Assembly (NCBI RefSeq): GCF_006345805.1
Contig: NW_021835122.1
Span: forward strand, 1 to 43,436
DNA: 43,436 nt
Reading direction: 5' to 3'
DNA from: Octopus sinensis
Lineage: Eukaryota
Shown here: one piece after another, positions 12,770 through 24,680 of the stretch
How positions within the stretch are numbered: the stretch's first letter is position 1
Layout: the number at the start of each line of letters is the position of its first letter
Notes under the pieces: model-generated
The model's database searches: none
The model's input: the letters and a program-made list of their open reading frames with translations, nothing else
What the model was told of the DNA's origin: nothing
Program-made: the position numbers and the translations under genes

Positions 12770-12920
12770 TAAGGTGGCAAGGAGGATTGGCAAAACAGCA
12801 AAATCGCTAGAACGTCGGAAAAAATTGCTTCGTCTGGTTCTTCACATTATGTGTCCAAATCCCGCCCAGATCAACTTTGCCTTCATTGACTGCCAGTTCG
12901 ACAAAATACAAATAACTGCT
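12770..12920 (+). mobile_element. SINE family A, strongly diverged copy
   Basis: GCAAAATCGCTAGAACGTCGG...CAAATCCCGCCCAGATCAACTTTGCCTTCAT. Confidence 0.5.
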
Positions 12921-12921
12921 A

Positions 12922-12965
<44 letters not shown>

Positions 12966-12988
12966 ATATATATATAATAAATAATATA

Positions 12989-13167
12989 GGCGCAGGAGTG
13001 GCTGTGTGGTAGTTTGTTACCAACCACATGGTTCCGGGTTCAGTCCCACTGCGTGGCACCTTGGGCAAGTGTCATCTACTATAGCCTCGGGCCGACCAAA
13101 GCCTTGTGAGTGGATTTGGTAGACGGAAACTGAAAGAAGCCCGTCGTATATATGTATATATATATAT

Positions 13168-13231
<64 letters not shown>

Positions 13232-13440
13232 GTATGTGTGTGTGTTTGTGTGTCTGTGTTTGTACCCCTAGCATTGCTTGACAACCGATACTGGTGTGTT
13301 TATGTCCCCGTCACTAAGTGGTTCGGCAAAAGAGACCGATAGAATAAGAATAAGTCCCGGGGTCGAGTTGCTCGATTAAAGGCGGTGCTCCAGCATGGCC
13401 GCAGTCAAATGACTGAAACAAGTAAAAGAGAGTAAAGAGA
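12989..13440 (+). mobile_element. SINE family B (tRNA-derived, CORE-like segment, internal TA/TG microsatellite), near full length
   Basis: A-box-like TGGCTGTGTGG, B-box-like GGTTCAGTCCC, ACCTTGGGCAAGTGTC, internal (TA)n(TG)n, and a 3' end GGCCGCAGTCAAATGACTGAAAC with an AGTAAAAG-type tail. Multiple copies in the window. Confidence 0.9.
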
Positions 13441-13469
13441 ATATACATATATACATATATATATAGATA

Positions 13470-13548
13470 TAGTTGGAATTTACAAAAAACAAACCAAAGA
13501 CCAAGATGGGTGTGTAAACAACAAACAGATGTATTAGTTTAACGCTAA
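13470..13548 (-). mobile_element. fragment of the hammerhead-bearing (Penelope-like) short repeat
   Basis: GTGTAAACAACAAACAGATGTATTAG is shared with ~34151-34176 and, reversed, with ~31036-31065. Flanked by (TA)n. Confidence 0.6.
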
Positions 13549-13562
13549 TATATATATATATA

Positions 13563-13601
<39 letters not shown>

Positions 13602-13897
13602 GGTATGTATGTATGTATGTATGTGTACTTAAAATATATGCGTCGTGTATTTGCTGGTAGGCTGCAAACTGGCATGGTGGAGATGACTCTCTAAAAGCAC
13701 AGGGAATCAAAAGAAATCAGGTGAGTTATCTTGCCAGTCCGTGACTTTCAGGTGTTTAAAATACCTAGCCCTTTGCGACAGAGTATTCTCCACCATGCCA
13801 AATCCCTGTTTACCAGCAAATGTATGACATATATACATCAAGTATATGTGGGTATGATAAGGTTTTATTACGCAAGTGCTGCTTCTAATTTAATTTT

Positions 13898-13961
13898 GAA
13901 TATATATATATGTGTGTGTGTGTGGTGTGTGTGTGCGTGTGTATGTATGAGTATGTATGTG

Positions 13962-13993
<32 letters not shown>

Positions 13994-13996
13994 CAC

Positions 13997-14074
<78 letters not shown>

Positions 14075-14164
14075 GTGTGTATGAATGTGTATATATACCC
14101 ATATATATATATATATACACATATATATATGCACAAATATATATATATATATATTATATCCATG

Positions 14165-14208
<44 letters not shown>

Positions 14209-14282
14209 CATAATTACGTAAATCCTGTGTATACTAAATGATACACATACATATATGAATACAAGCATACATGTGTGAGTTT

Positions 14283-14353
<71 letters not shown>

Positions 14354-14818
14354 TTTGTTTGAGCGCGTGTATATCATACGTAGGTGTGATAAACAGATAT
14401 TCCTAAAGAGAGACACATTGTTTAACTTTCTGCGCTTTTTCTGTTGACTAAGTGTGAATGTTTGGGTAAAACGAAAATAACTTGACCCAGCAGTGTTATC
14501 TCGAAATTAATGGTTGACGATCATTATTGGAGATGACAACCACGTCATTCGCCTCTCTTTAGGTTTACTCACACGCAGCCTTTGTATGCATACGTACATA
14601 CACACTCATATATATATACATACATACATACATATATATATATATGTATATATACATACATACATATATATATGTACGTATGTATATATATGTATATATG
14701 CATACATATATATATATGTACTATGTATATATATGTATGTATACATACATGTGCATATATGCATATATATATATGTATATATATGTGCATACATACACAT
14801 ATACATGCAAACATATTT

Positions 14819-14872
<54 letters not shown>

Positions 14873-15036
14873 TACATATATATATATATATATGTATATA
14901 TAAATGTATGTATGTATATATGTGTACATATATACACACATATATACATACACACACACAAATATACATATATATATATATGTATATAAAATATAAATTA
15001 GAGATAAAACCACTATTATGCAACTCAGTGAAAGAC

Positions 15037-15092
<56 letters not shown>

Positions 15093-15180
15093 ATACACAC
15101 ACATACACACATATAAATATGTATATGTGTCAATACATGTATGAGTGCATGTTGTGTGTGTGTGTGTGTGTGTGTGTTTA
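13898..15180. repeat. large compound (TA)n/(CA)n/(TG)n low-complexity field
   Basis: Directly visible, with a ~200-bp unique interruption near 14380-14580. Source of many spurious ORFs. Confidence 0.95.
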
Positions 15181-15421
15181 GTGTTTTTATGTAAATAACT
15201 TTATTACATTCCGATGTAATTTGGTAATGGGTGAAGGCATCATAATAAAGTATGTGATGTTGATAGTGGTGGCGCTGGTGGTGGTGGTAGCGTAAGCGGA
15301 AGGAAAGGAGAAGGAGAAGGAGGAGGAGGAAGAGTTGGGGGGAGGGAAAGCATTTTGCGAGCAAAAATTAGATAATTCTGCTTATGATGTCATTGTACTT
15401 ATCATTCTTATTCACATGTTT

Positions 15422-15422
<1 letters not shown>

Positions 15423-15467
<45 letters not shown>

Positions 15468-15553
15468 GTCATCATCGTCATCGTCATCATCATCATCGTT
15501 ATCATCATCATCATCATCATCATCGTCGTCATCGTCGTCGTCATCGTCGTCAT
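15423..15553. repeat. (ATC/GTC)n microsatellite
   Basis: Directly visible. Confidence 0.95.
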
Positions 15554-16009
15554 TGTTATTTTAATTTTATGATAACATTTGTTGTTGCGTAACTAGATAT
15601 CTGCCCTGGCGTTCCAGTCATGACCAACACATCTTTTACTTATGCATTATGTATGTAGGACATCATTATCAAATGTGTCACTCTTTTTCTAAGTGGGTAC
15701 AAAGTCATTTATGCAATATTTGGCTACTGTTTATAGCAAGTCGTGCAATTTCATAGAAACCCATTCGATGGTATCTTTACCAACCAATCGCGTTCTCACA
15801 TTTGGCTTTTCAACTTCCATTGCCCGTTTTGTCAGCTTAACTAATTGAACTTCGCTTAATTAATGTAACCCAGATTAACTAATTACAATTCACACTAATT
15901 AAATCTAACCCGAATCTTTGCATACGTTTCCTTTCTCACAGCTTATCTTTTTGATCGTTATATTTTGCAACGAAATTTAATTGCTCTGGCTGGCCTCTTT
16001 CAAATGTTT

Positions 16010-16093
<84 letters not shown>

Positions 16094-16094
16094 C

Positions 16095-16166
<72 letters not shown>
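16010..16166. repeat. (GATA)n/(GA)n microsatellite
   Basis: Directly visible. Confidence 0.95.
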
Positions 16167-16465
16167 TTGGAATGCGGGCAGATATCTTATTAGCATTCTA
16201 ATATAAAACAGATCTTGCTGACCAGGTCAAATGATAGGAAACAAGAGGTCACTTCACTTACTCGCATGGTAAAACCTTGAACAAAACGGCATAGGAATGT
16301 CTACCCTGGACGACTATGTACTTGGGACATTTACGCAGCAGAAACACGTGTCAGGCTGGAATCTCACGTGAATTTCATGAGGAAAATACTGTAATAAACG
16401 AATTTTGATGATGTGTAATTCTCCATTCTCTTCTTTATGATGTCTTTATATATATACATATAGAT

Positions 16466-16496
<31 letters not shown>

Positions 16497-16605
16497 CATG
16501 TGTGTGTACATGTGTGTGTGTATGTATGTGTGTATATATATATATATATGTATATATATATAGATATATAATACATGTGTATATATATACACATGCGTAT
16601 ACACA

Positions 16606-16676
<71 letters not shown>

Positions 16677-17769
16677 CGTTAATATTCTATAAATTAAATG
16701 CGCTACTCCCTAGTTCTCTATGTCGAATATAAAGTGCCACTGTTTTATGGCGAAGTATGTGACGTATATATTTTAAATAGGTTCCATGTGTTGTGGTCTA
16801 TTGTATTAAATTTTGGTTAGATTCCAAACTACGTATTCTGGTAGCACCAATAAACATCTGCATGAAAACCATATTGTTCTCACTATTTTAAATAACTATT
16901 TTGAGATTCGCAATTAATTATGCATTTCCTCAATAATAATATTTTTATTGCGAGTTATGAAGGACAGTAAATGGAAGAACTGGCTTGGCATGGCGTAGGA
17001 ATCTATGCTTTGCCGTATTTAATGCGAAGGAGTTTGGATGCAAAGTTTAGTTGGGAATAGGACTTTGTAGCAAGTAGTAATAATTTTCGTTGAAATTATA
17101 AGTTTGTACCCCATCTTCGTTTTTCATATTTCTGAGGTGAATCATTTTTTTCCCCGTGACGAAAGGCAGTTTTTGAACTTTTACAGTTCCTATACGATCG
17201 TTGGGACTAAGAGAAGGAAATATTCTCAATCCTAAGACCTGACCAGAATGCTCGCTTCTTTACAGACGCTCAGAGTATTCGGTGTTGCTGTTGTTAAACC
17301 AGACGACATCTCATGAAAATCGACCCGTTTATTTTTTTCAACCTTTAAGTTGTAATTCTAGGGAGATTGAGCTGTTCAAACGACAGATTGTTTTGTGGCA
17401 TTACGTTATGTGAATAAATATCTGTGGTTATGAAACAGGTTGAAATTGTTTCTAAATGCTGATATTTGTGGTAGTTTTATGGCGGCTTATTATTGTTATT
17501 TAACACTTTACTCCAGTTGACAGAGTACAATGTCAGTAACCGAGACTGGCTTCTAATGTTATATTGGGACAACGTTTATTGCCAGCTCAAGTGCCCTCGT
17601 TTATCTGTCGTTAAAGTTTTTACCCTATAAATCACAATACATCAACTGCTGGCACTTTGCTAATATTTCCAGTCCCTAATCTTTAGATACTTTAGTCATT
17701 ATAGAATCACAAACTTTCTTTAACTGGTTAATGGACCAATTTTACACTTCTGCCGCTGAAATATTTATG

Positions 17770-17830
17770 TTGTCGCCATTGTTGTTAGTCGCCATTGCTG
17801 TTTGTCGCCATTGTTGTTTGTCGCTGCTGG
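17770..17830. repeat. 16-bp minisatellite (GTCGCCATTGTTGTTT), about 4 copies
   Basis: Directly visible. Confidence 0.8.
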
Positions 17831-18212
17831 GGTTTGATCTGATCCTGATCCTGTAAACCTATAACCTAGGATGTCCCACCCATGAATCAACCTGCCTTTT
17901 ACTTAGTCCCTTGTCTATCAAGGAGTACATTATCCAGTGTCTCACTTTAGATTTGGGTAAAGTTTTATTCCAGATTATTTCTTCACGTTCGAACACACTT
18001 ATGATCAAAGACGTTCTAGCCATGACTACTCATCCATATTTCTAGATTATAGTATTCATTATGTCCTTTCTCCTTAAGACGATAAGGCATGATTTGGTAG
18101 CTATTTCTAGCTGGTCGAACAAAATGTTCTTTAATCATATGGTTAGATTTTAACAAAAATGTCGGAGAGTTGGCCTTGTTTCTGCTTCCACACCGATTGA
18201 GAACTTTTTACA

Positions 18213-18316
18213 AAATGTCACCTTGAAGTTTCTGCGGTTTGTAAACATCACCTTCACATCCCTGTGATGTGTAAATGTCACCTTGATAGCTCTGGGTGCG
18301 TAAATGTTATCTTGAT
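18213..18316. repeat. degenerate ~30-bp minisatellite (AAATGTCACCTTGA core), 4 copies
   Basis: The core recurs at about 18213, 18243, 18273 and 18302. Confidence 0.65.
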
Positions 18317-18489
18317 GCTTAAATAAATCACCATATCACATCAACCAATGATGTGACATTGAATTATGTTGATAAATCAACTTGACTGACTTGTTATTTA
18401 TATCAATGTTTGTAAACACCCACACTTTATGTAACCTGATCTTGTGCCTTGTGATGTGCCCTGTGGACTCCCTTGTGGAAAATAAAGCT

Positions 18490-18660
18490 TAGTGGCATGC
18501 CGCCCGGTTTTACAATCACAGATCAAGATTCGGCTCAGACCGATTTTGCCTTTCATTTTTTCGGGATTTATAAAATAAGTACCAGTTGAGTACTGGGGTC
18601 GATGTTATCAACTTACCCCTCCCCAAAACTTCAGGCCTTGCGTCTATAGTAGAAAGGATT
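18490..18660 (+). mobile_element. SINE family A
   Basis: TTTGCCTTTCAT...ATAAAATAAGTACCAGTTGAGTACTGGGGTCGATG...CAGGCCTTGCGTCTATAGTAGAAAGG, followed by (TAT)n. Confidence 0.8.
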
Positions 18661-18701
18661 ACCATTATCGATATTATTATTTATTATTATTATTATTATT
18701 A

Positions 18702-18760
18702 CTTTTTTTTTTCTTCTTTCAAATTTGCTTCCATTTCTTGCCGAGTGTCTTCCCGACTCC
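18702..18760 (-). mobile_element. probable very short R4/Dong-like 3' end
   Basis: ~60-bp insert between (TAT)n tracts. The minus strand ends GCAAATTTGAAAGAAGAAAAAAAAAAG then (TAA)n. Confidence 0.45.
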
Positions 18761-18794
<34 letters not shown>

Positions 18795-18797
<3 letters not shown>

Positions 18798-18856
18798 TAG
18801 TTTTATTTTTATAGCGTGCTTTCACTTCACTACCGAGCGCAGCTCTGTGTGCCTTG
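18795..18856 (-). mobile_element. ~60-bp 3' end of the same R4/Dong family as 26531-28640
   Basis: CAGTAGTTTTATTTTTATAGCGTGC...AGCTCTGTGTGCCTTG matches 26531-26583. (TAT)n on both sides. Confidence 0.85.
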
Positions 18857-18859
18857 TGA

Positions 18860-18969
<110 letters not shown>

Positions 18970-19140
18970 GTAGTAGTAGTAGTAGTAGTAGTATAGTAGT
19001 AGTAGTAGTAGTAAAATCGGTGATTGAACAAACATCGCAGACAAGTTGGGAAAGGCGAGCGTCTTTGGTTGAATTACGAATCAGTGTCTGACTTGACCTC
19101 GTCACACACTCGTGTGTCTGTGTGTCCTTATAAATACATA

Positions 19141-19530
19141 TTCTTTTATTCTTTTATTTATTTCAGTTATTTGACTGCGGCCATACTGGAGTACCGCCTT
19201 TAGTCGAACAAATCGACCCCTGGTCTTATTCTTTGTAAGCCTAATACATATTCTATCAGTCTCTTTTGCCGAACCACTAAGTTACGAGGACGTAAACACA
19301 CCAACATCGGTTGTGGAACAATGGTTGGGGGACAAACAGACACACACACACACACACACACACATAAATATATATATACGACGGGCTTCTTTCAGTTTCT
19401 GTCTACCAAATCCAGTCACAAGGCTTTGGTCGGCGGCCCGAGGCTATAGTAGAAGACACTAGCCCAAAGTGCCACGAAGTGGGACTGAACATGGAACCAT
19501 GTGGTTGTGAAGCAAGCTACTTACCATATG
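19141..19530 (-). mobile_element. SINE family B
   Basis: Reverse-complement match to 12989-13440 along its length. Confidence 0.9.
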
Positions 19531-19540
19531 TACCTACACA

Positions 19541-19668
19541 AAGCTTGCTACATTGTTCCGGGTTCAGTCCGACTGCGTGGCACCTTTGGTAAATCTCTTG
19601 TACTATAGCCTCGGGCCGACCAAAGCCTTTTGAATGTATTTGGTAGACGGAAACTGAAAGAAGCCCAT

Positions 19669-19719
<51 letters not shown>

Positions 19720-19733
19720 ATGTGTGTGTGTGT

Positions 19734-19787
<54 letters not shown>

Positions 19788-19996
19788 CCTGTGTGTGTCT
19801 GTGTTTGTGTATCTGTGTTTGTCACCCCTCCATCGCTTTACAATCAACGTTGGTGTGTCAGCATGCCTCGTAACTTATCGGTTCGGCAAAACAGACTGAT
19901 AGAATAAGTACCAGGCTCACAAAGCATGAGCCTTGGGGTCGATTCGTTCAGGCTAAAGGCGGTGCTACAGCATGGCCGCAGTCAAATGACTGAAAC
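19541..19996 (+). mobile_element. SINE family B, head-to-head with the preceding copy
   Basis: Matches 12989-13440 but lacks the first ~25 nt. Confidence 0.9.
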
Positions 19997-20480
19997 TGTG
20001 ACATTCCCAATTACGGATTCCAGCCCACGACTTAATGTTCTTAATGATGAAATTAACCTCTCCGTCTATATATCTACCCTCTTTGTAATGTTGGCAAATG
20101 GAATAAGTATAGAAATGAACATTGTCTATTTAATTAGATAATTCTATATGTGGCTGAAGAGTGCTCTACATTTTAAAAACTGATGTAATACTTACGTTGT
20201 TTAATTAAATGAAGTAGCATGAAACGATTGTACTACACTACCTTGGATATCCTTGTTGCTTATTTTGATATACATATATATATATATATATATTAACAGA
20301 CAGACAGATAGATAAATAGATAGATAACTAGATAAATAAATAAATAATAAATAAATAAATAAATAAATAAATAAAATAAATATAGATAACGTATTTTGGA
20401 GAGAATTTAACTTTTCAGCCGATACATTACAGTGTCAAGATTCATCATACTGTTTCCCACATCGTTAACAAACGCGCGCA

Positions 20481-20662
20481 CACACACACACACACATAAA
20501 TATATATATACGACGGGCTTCTTTCAGTTTCTGTCTACCAAATCCAGTCACAAGGCTTTGGTCGGCGGCCCGAGGCTATAGTAGAAGACACTAGCCCAAA
20601 GTGCCACGAAGTGGGACTGAACATGGAACCATGTGGTTGTGAAGCAAGCTACTTACCATATG
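20481..20662 (-). mobile_element. SINE family B, 5' half (duplicated)
   Basis: Copy of about 19350-19530. Confidence 0.9.
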
Positions 20663-20672
20663 TACCTACACA

Positions 20673-20800
20673 AAGCTTGCTACATTGTTCCGGGTTCAGT
20701 CCGACTGCGTGGCACCTTTGGTAAATCTCTTGTACTATAGCCTCGGGCCGACCAAAGCCTTTTGAATGTATTTGGTAGACGGAAACTGAAAGAAGCCCAT

Positions 20801-20853
<53 letters not shown>

Positions 20854-20873
20854 ATGTGTGTGTGTGTGGTGTG

Positions 20874-20904
<31 letters not shown>

Positions 20905-21123
20905 TGTGTGCGTGCCTGTGTGTGTCTGTGTTTGTGTATCTGTGTTTGTCACCCCTCCATCGCTTTACAATCAACGTTGGTGTGTCAGCATGCCTCGTAA
21001 CTTATCGGTTCGGCAAAACAGACTGATAGAATAAGTACCAGGCTCACAAAGCATGAGCCTTGGGGTCGATTCGTTCAGGCTAAAGGCGGTGCTACAGCAT
21101 GGCCGCAGTCAAATGACTGAAAC
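20673..21123 (+). mobile_element. SINE family B (duplicated)
   Basis: Copy of 19541-19996. Confidence 0.9.
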
Positions 21124-21993
21124 TGTGACATTCCCAATTACGGATTCCAGCCCACGACTTAATGTTCTTAATGATGAAATTAACCTCTCCGTCTATATAT
21201 CTACCCTCTTTGTAATGTTGGCAAATGGAATAAGTATAGAAATGAACATTGTCTATTTAATTAGATAATTCTATATGTGGCTGAAGAGTGCTCTACATTT
21301 TAAAAACTGATGTAATACTTACGTTGTTTAATTAAATGAAGTAGCATGAAACGATTGTACTACACTACCTTGGATATCCTTGTTGCTTATTTTGATATAC
21401 ATATATATATATATATATATTAACAGACAGACAGATAGATAAATAGATAGATAACTAGATAAATAAATAAATAAATAAATAAATAAAATAAATATAGATA
21501 ACGTATTTTGGAGAGAATTTAACTTTTCAGCCGATACATTACAGTGTCAAGATTCATCATACTGTTTCCCACATCGTTAACAAACGCGCGCACACACACA
21601 CACACATTCTCATATTGAAAACTAAGGCTTCTTCGCGTCGTTATTCCTGGATTTTCTTATGTCTTGTCTTGAAATATTTGACAGGAAATTCAGTCTGATG
21701 TCGGAGTGCAACTGTTCATACACTCTCATCTTCCTCAATCATCTCTTCCTTTTGTCTCCGTCTCCCCCTCTCTCTCCCTCTTTCTCTCTCCTCTCAACTG
21801 TCATTCCTCCTCTTCCCCCAACTCTCTTCCTCGTGTTCTCCCCCCTCTCACCATTTCTTAGTATGGATAGGTGTGAATGGATATATGTATATGTGTGTGT
21901 GTACGTGTGTATATATGCATACATGGACTTGGATAAATGCATAAACATACATGTATGTATAATCATATTTATATACGTATGTATGGATGTGAG

Positions 21994-22033
<40 letters not shown>

Positions 22034-22036
22034 CAC

Positions 22037-22160
22037 GCGCAGGCGTGACTGTGTGGTAAGTAGCTTGCTTACCAACCACATGTTTCCCGGTTCAGTCCCA
22101 CTGCGGGCCGACTAAAGCCTTGTGAGTGGATTTGGTATACGGAAACAGAAAGAAGCCGTC

Positions 22161-22162
<2 letters not shown>
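22037..22162 (+). mobile_element. SINE family B, 5' half with internal deletion
   Basis: GCGCAGGCGTGACTGTGTGGTAAGTAGC...CCCACTGCG|GGCCGAC...AGAAGCCGTCG, then (TA)n. Confidence 0.85.
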
Positions 22163-22223
<61 letters not shown>

Positions 22224-23923
22224 TGCGTACTCACTTTTCCACACACACATAAGCGAATAAATTCAATATTTATGATACCATGACCTGATTATTAAGATTT
22301 TGCGTTTCCTTTCCTCTGTTGACTCTGACACCCAACTGTAAAGGGGAGTTAATTCGCTAACTTAAATATTGTCCACCATAATTGCTGCGTATCTAATTAG
22401 CTCTGACCTTGAATCTTCCCAAGTCGTCAGCAGAACTCGCCTACCTGTACTACGTTACTCATCACTTAAAGTCCATACAAATTAATGGAGTTACAACCTT
22501 TACTCCGAGTGTTCTGAATAAATAACGCCCTTATAGGTGCATAAAAGTACACACTAAACCGAACTTGAAGTGAAATTCATGCATTATCCAAAAGTTTGTA
22601 AGAAGGATGTGAAATTTCCACCAAGATCCATTGTGTAAAAGATGCAGCACGGAATTTTGTCATTGAAGAGGTCGCGGTTCCGAAGCGATGAAAATATTTT
22701 GGCAAATTAAATTTAAATGTTGAAGTGAATCAAACGGCTTTTGTGTGATTTTAAATGGTTTTATAAACATCTTCCACGCTGCAATTGTTTTCTTTCCAAG
22801 CACACAATCTCAGATCAGGTCACTTGCTATGCAAGTACATCTCCGTAATTACAAAAGTAATTTAGTGTAAAAGTACTTTCCATATGATTCCAATGAACAA
22901 AAGATGATAGAAAACACTTTCACAGATCACTGGTCTAAAGCTGTTTTCTGGTGAAAGGGCAGCCATTGTCCATATCATAAGAGAGTCGTGTGGAGTAGGT
23001 GGGTAGTGGGAAAGAGGAGGAGGAGGAGGCGGAGGAGGAGGGTGAATGGGAAAACTCAAAACTTGAACCTTAATAATTTCAGAGAAAACATAGTGACGAG
23101 GTGTTCAGCAATATCTGACATATTGAGATTGATCCAATGTAATCTGTGACAAGGCCAAATGGAATTAATACCATTGTAGAGAACTTAGACATTGGCAGAT
23201 CCAATGCAGCTGACGGGATTAGTGTTCTAAACAACTTTCATAACTGAAAAGATCAAAAAAATTCACCGCATCTTCATTTTTCCGTTATGATGCCAACGTG
23301 AAAGATTTAATTTTCCATCTGAATAATTATTTGGAGTGGGGTGGTACGATAATTTTCAACTCCTTCTTAATCATAAACAATGGTGGTGGGGGGAGAGTCA
23401 GCAGCCATCATGTGTTGAGGTCAACTTTCTAGTTCAAAAGATAATTTTTTAGTCGATGTTATGGCAAAATCGTTTTACAATATTAGAAATTAGAAATAAA
23501 TACCTTCACTTAAGGAAAGAAACAATAGCTAAGTGTCTTAGAATGATCGAAGAACACAATAGTAAACCTTTCTAAAGTGACCGAAATGTTCAATGGGATA
23601 ATCATTAAGACAGCAAGTTATATATTTATTACATATAATATATATATATATATATATTAGAAAAAAAACACCTTTTATCAATTCAAAATTATTAATTAAA
23701 TTACACCATCTAGAAAATTCACATATAATAGAAAAGTTGAAATAAAAATTAAAATAAAAAGTAATTTACTTAATCTTTACTTTTTATTGTTATTTTAATT
23801 TTCTAATATTTATATATATATATATATTATATTGTGTGGAATTTGATTTAGTATTTCTAAATTGAATTATTTTTCCTTGTAAGTTTGGATTTTATTCCCT
23901 CAAATAATAATAATAACATATAT

Positions 23924-24003
<80 letters not shown>

Positions 24004-24078
24004 CATATACACGCGCGCGCGCACGCACACACAGACATACATACACATATATTATTAAAAAGCAGTGAAAATATCACA

Positions 24079-24124
24079 AAAACTGTTACTCATAGTTTCA
24101 CGTTCCCGTTCGTCGGACAGTTTT
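24079..24124 (-). ncRNA. minimal type-I hammerhead ribozyme motif (U4C variant)
   Basis: AAAACUGU-CCGACGA-ACG(GGAA)CGU-GAAA-CUAUGAG-UA-ACAGUUUU: 8-bp helix I, helix II with GNRA loop, GUA cleavage triplet. Confidence 0.7.
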
Positions 24125-24134
24125 GTTTTTTAAC

Positions 24135-24180
24135 AAAACTGTATGATGAATGGGAGCGTGAAACTCTGAGTAACAGTTTT
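24135..24180 (+). ncRNA. minimal type-I hammerhead ribozyme motif (C3A variant)
   Basis: AAAACUGU-AUGAUGA-AUG(GGAG)CGU-GAAA-CUC(U)GAG-UA-ACAGUUUU. Confidence 0.65.
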
Positions 24181-24293
24181 TGTGATATTTTTACTACTTT
24201 TTAATAAACCATATTACTCTACCTCTGGTATTCGAGTACTATTTTTTCCATCTTGTTTCGCATTTATGTGCTTACTATGGTACACACACACAT

Positions 24294-24386
<93 letters not shown>

Positions 24387-24390
<4 letters not shown>

Positions 24391-24588
24391 ATCTAAACTT
24401 GAACAAAGAGAAAACACAACAACGCGAGGACGTGGAACAAGTATAGTGTTATTGGACGCTCAGGAAAGGAAAGAAAGAAGGGGTATTTAACGTTTCGAGC
24501 GGAGCTCTTCGTCAGAAACATAGGAAAAGGAAAGATCCAAGGAATGGAAGACGGAGAAAGAAAATCGCCAACGATATACATACGGTCA
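24387..24588 (-). mobile_element. short hammerhead-bearing (Penelope-like) repeat
   Basis: Related to 30905-31105 and 34092-34265; starts directly after (TA)n. Confidence 0.6.
24483..24521 (-). ncRNA. minimal hammerhead ribozyme motif with canonical core
   Basis: AUGUUU-CUGACGA-A-GAGC(UCC)GCUC-GAAA-CGUU-AAAUAC: intact CUGANGA and GAAA boxes, 4-bp helix II, palindromic AACGUU helix III, and 5-bp helix I with one GU pair. Confidence 0.7.
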
Positions 24589-24640
24589 CGACGAGCTTCT
24601 TTCAGCTTCCGTCTACCAAATCCATTCACAAGTGTTTGGT

Positions 24641-24642
<2 letters not shown>
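24589..24642 (-). mobile_element. SINE family B fragment
   Basis: CGACGAGCTTCTTTCAGCTTCCGTCTACCAAATCCATTCACAAG. Confidence 0.8.

Positions 24643-24680
<38 letters not shown>

Larger units (their letters stand above)
19345..21606. repeat. tandem duplication of a ~1.13-kb unit (about 19345-20480 and 20481-21606)
   Basis: The copies look identical except for microsatellite lengths (offset 1132 bp at the start, 1112 bp at the end). They include non-SINE unique sequence. Confidence 0.95.
24053..24206. repeat. ~75-bp-arm imperfect palindrome with a hammerhead-like motif in each arm
   Basis: Left arm 24053-24127 is the reverse complement of 24132-24206 with about 8 mismatches; the loop is TTTT. 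Confidence 0.95.
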
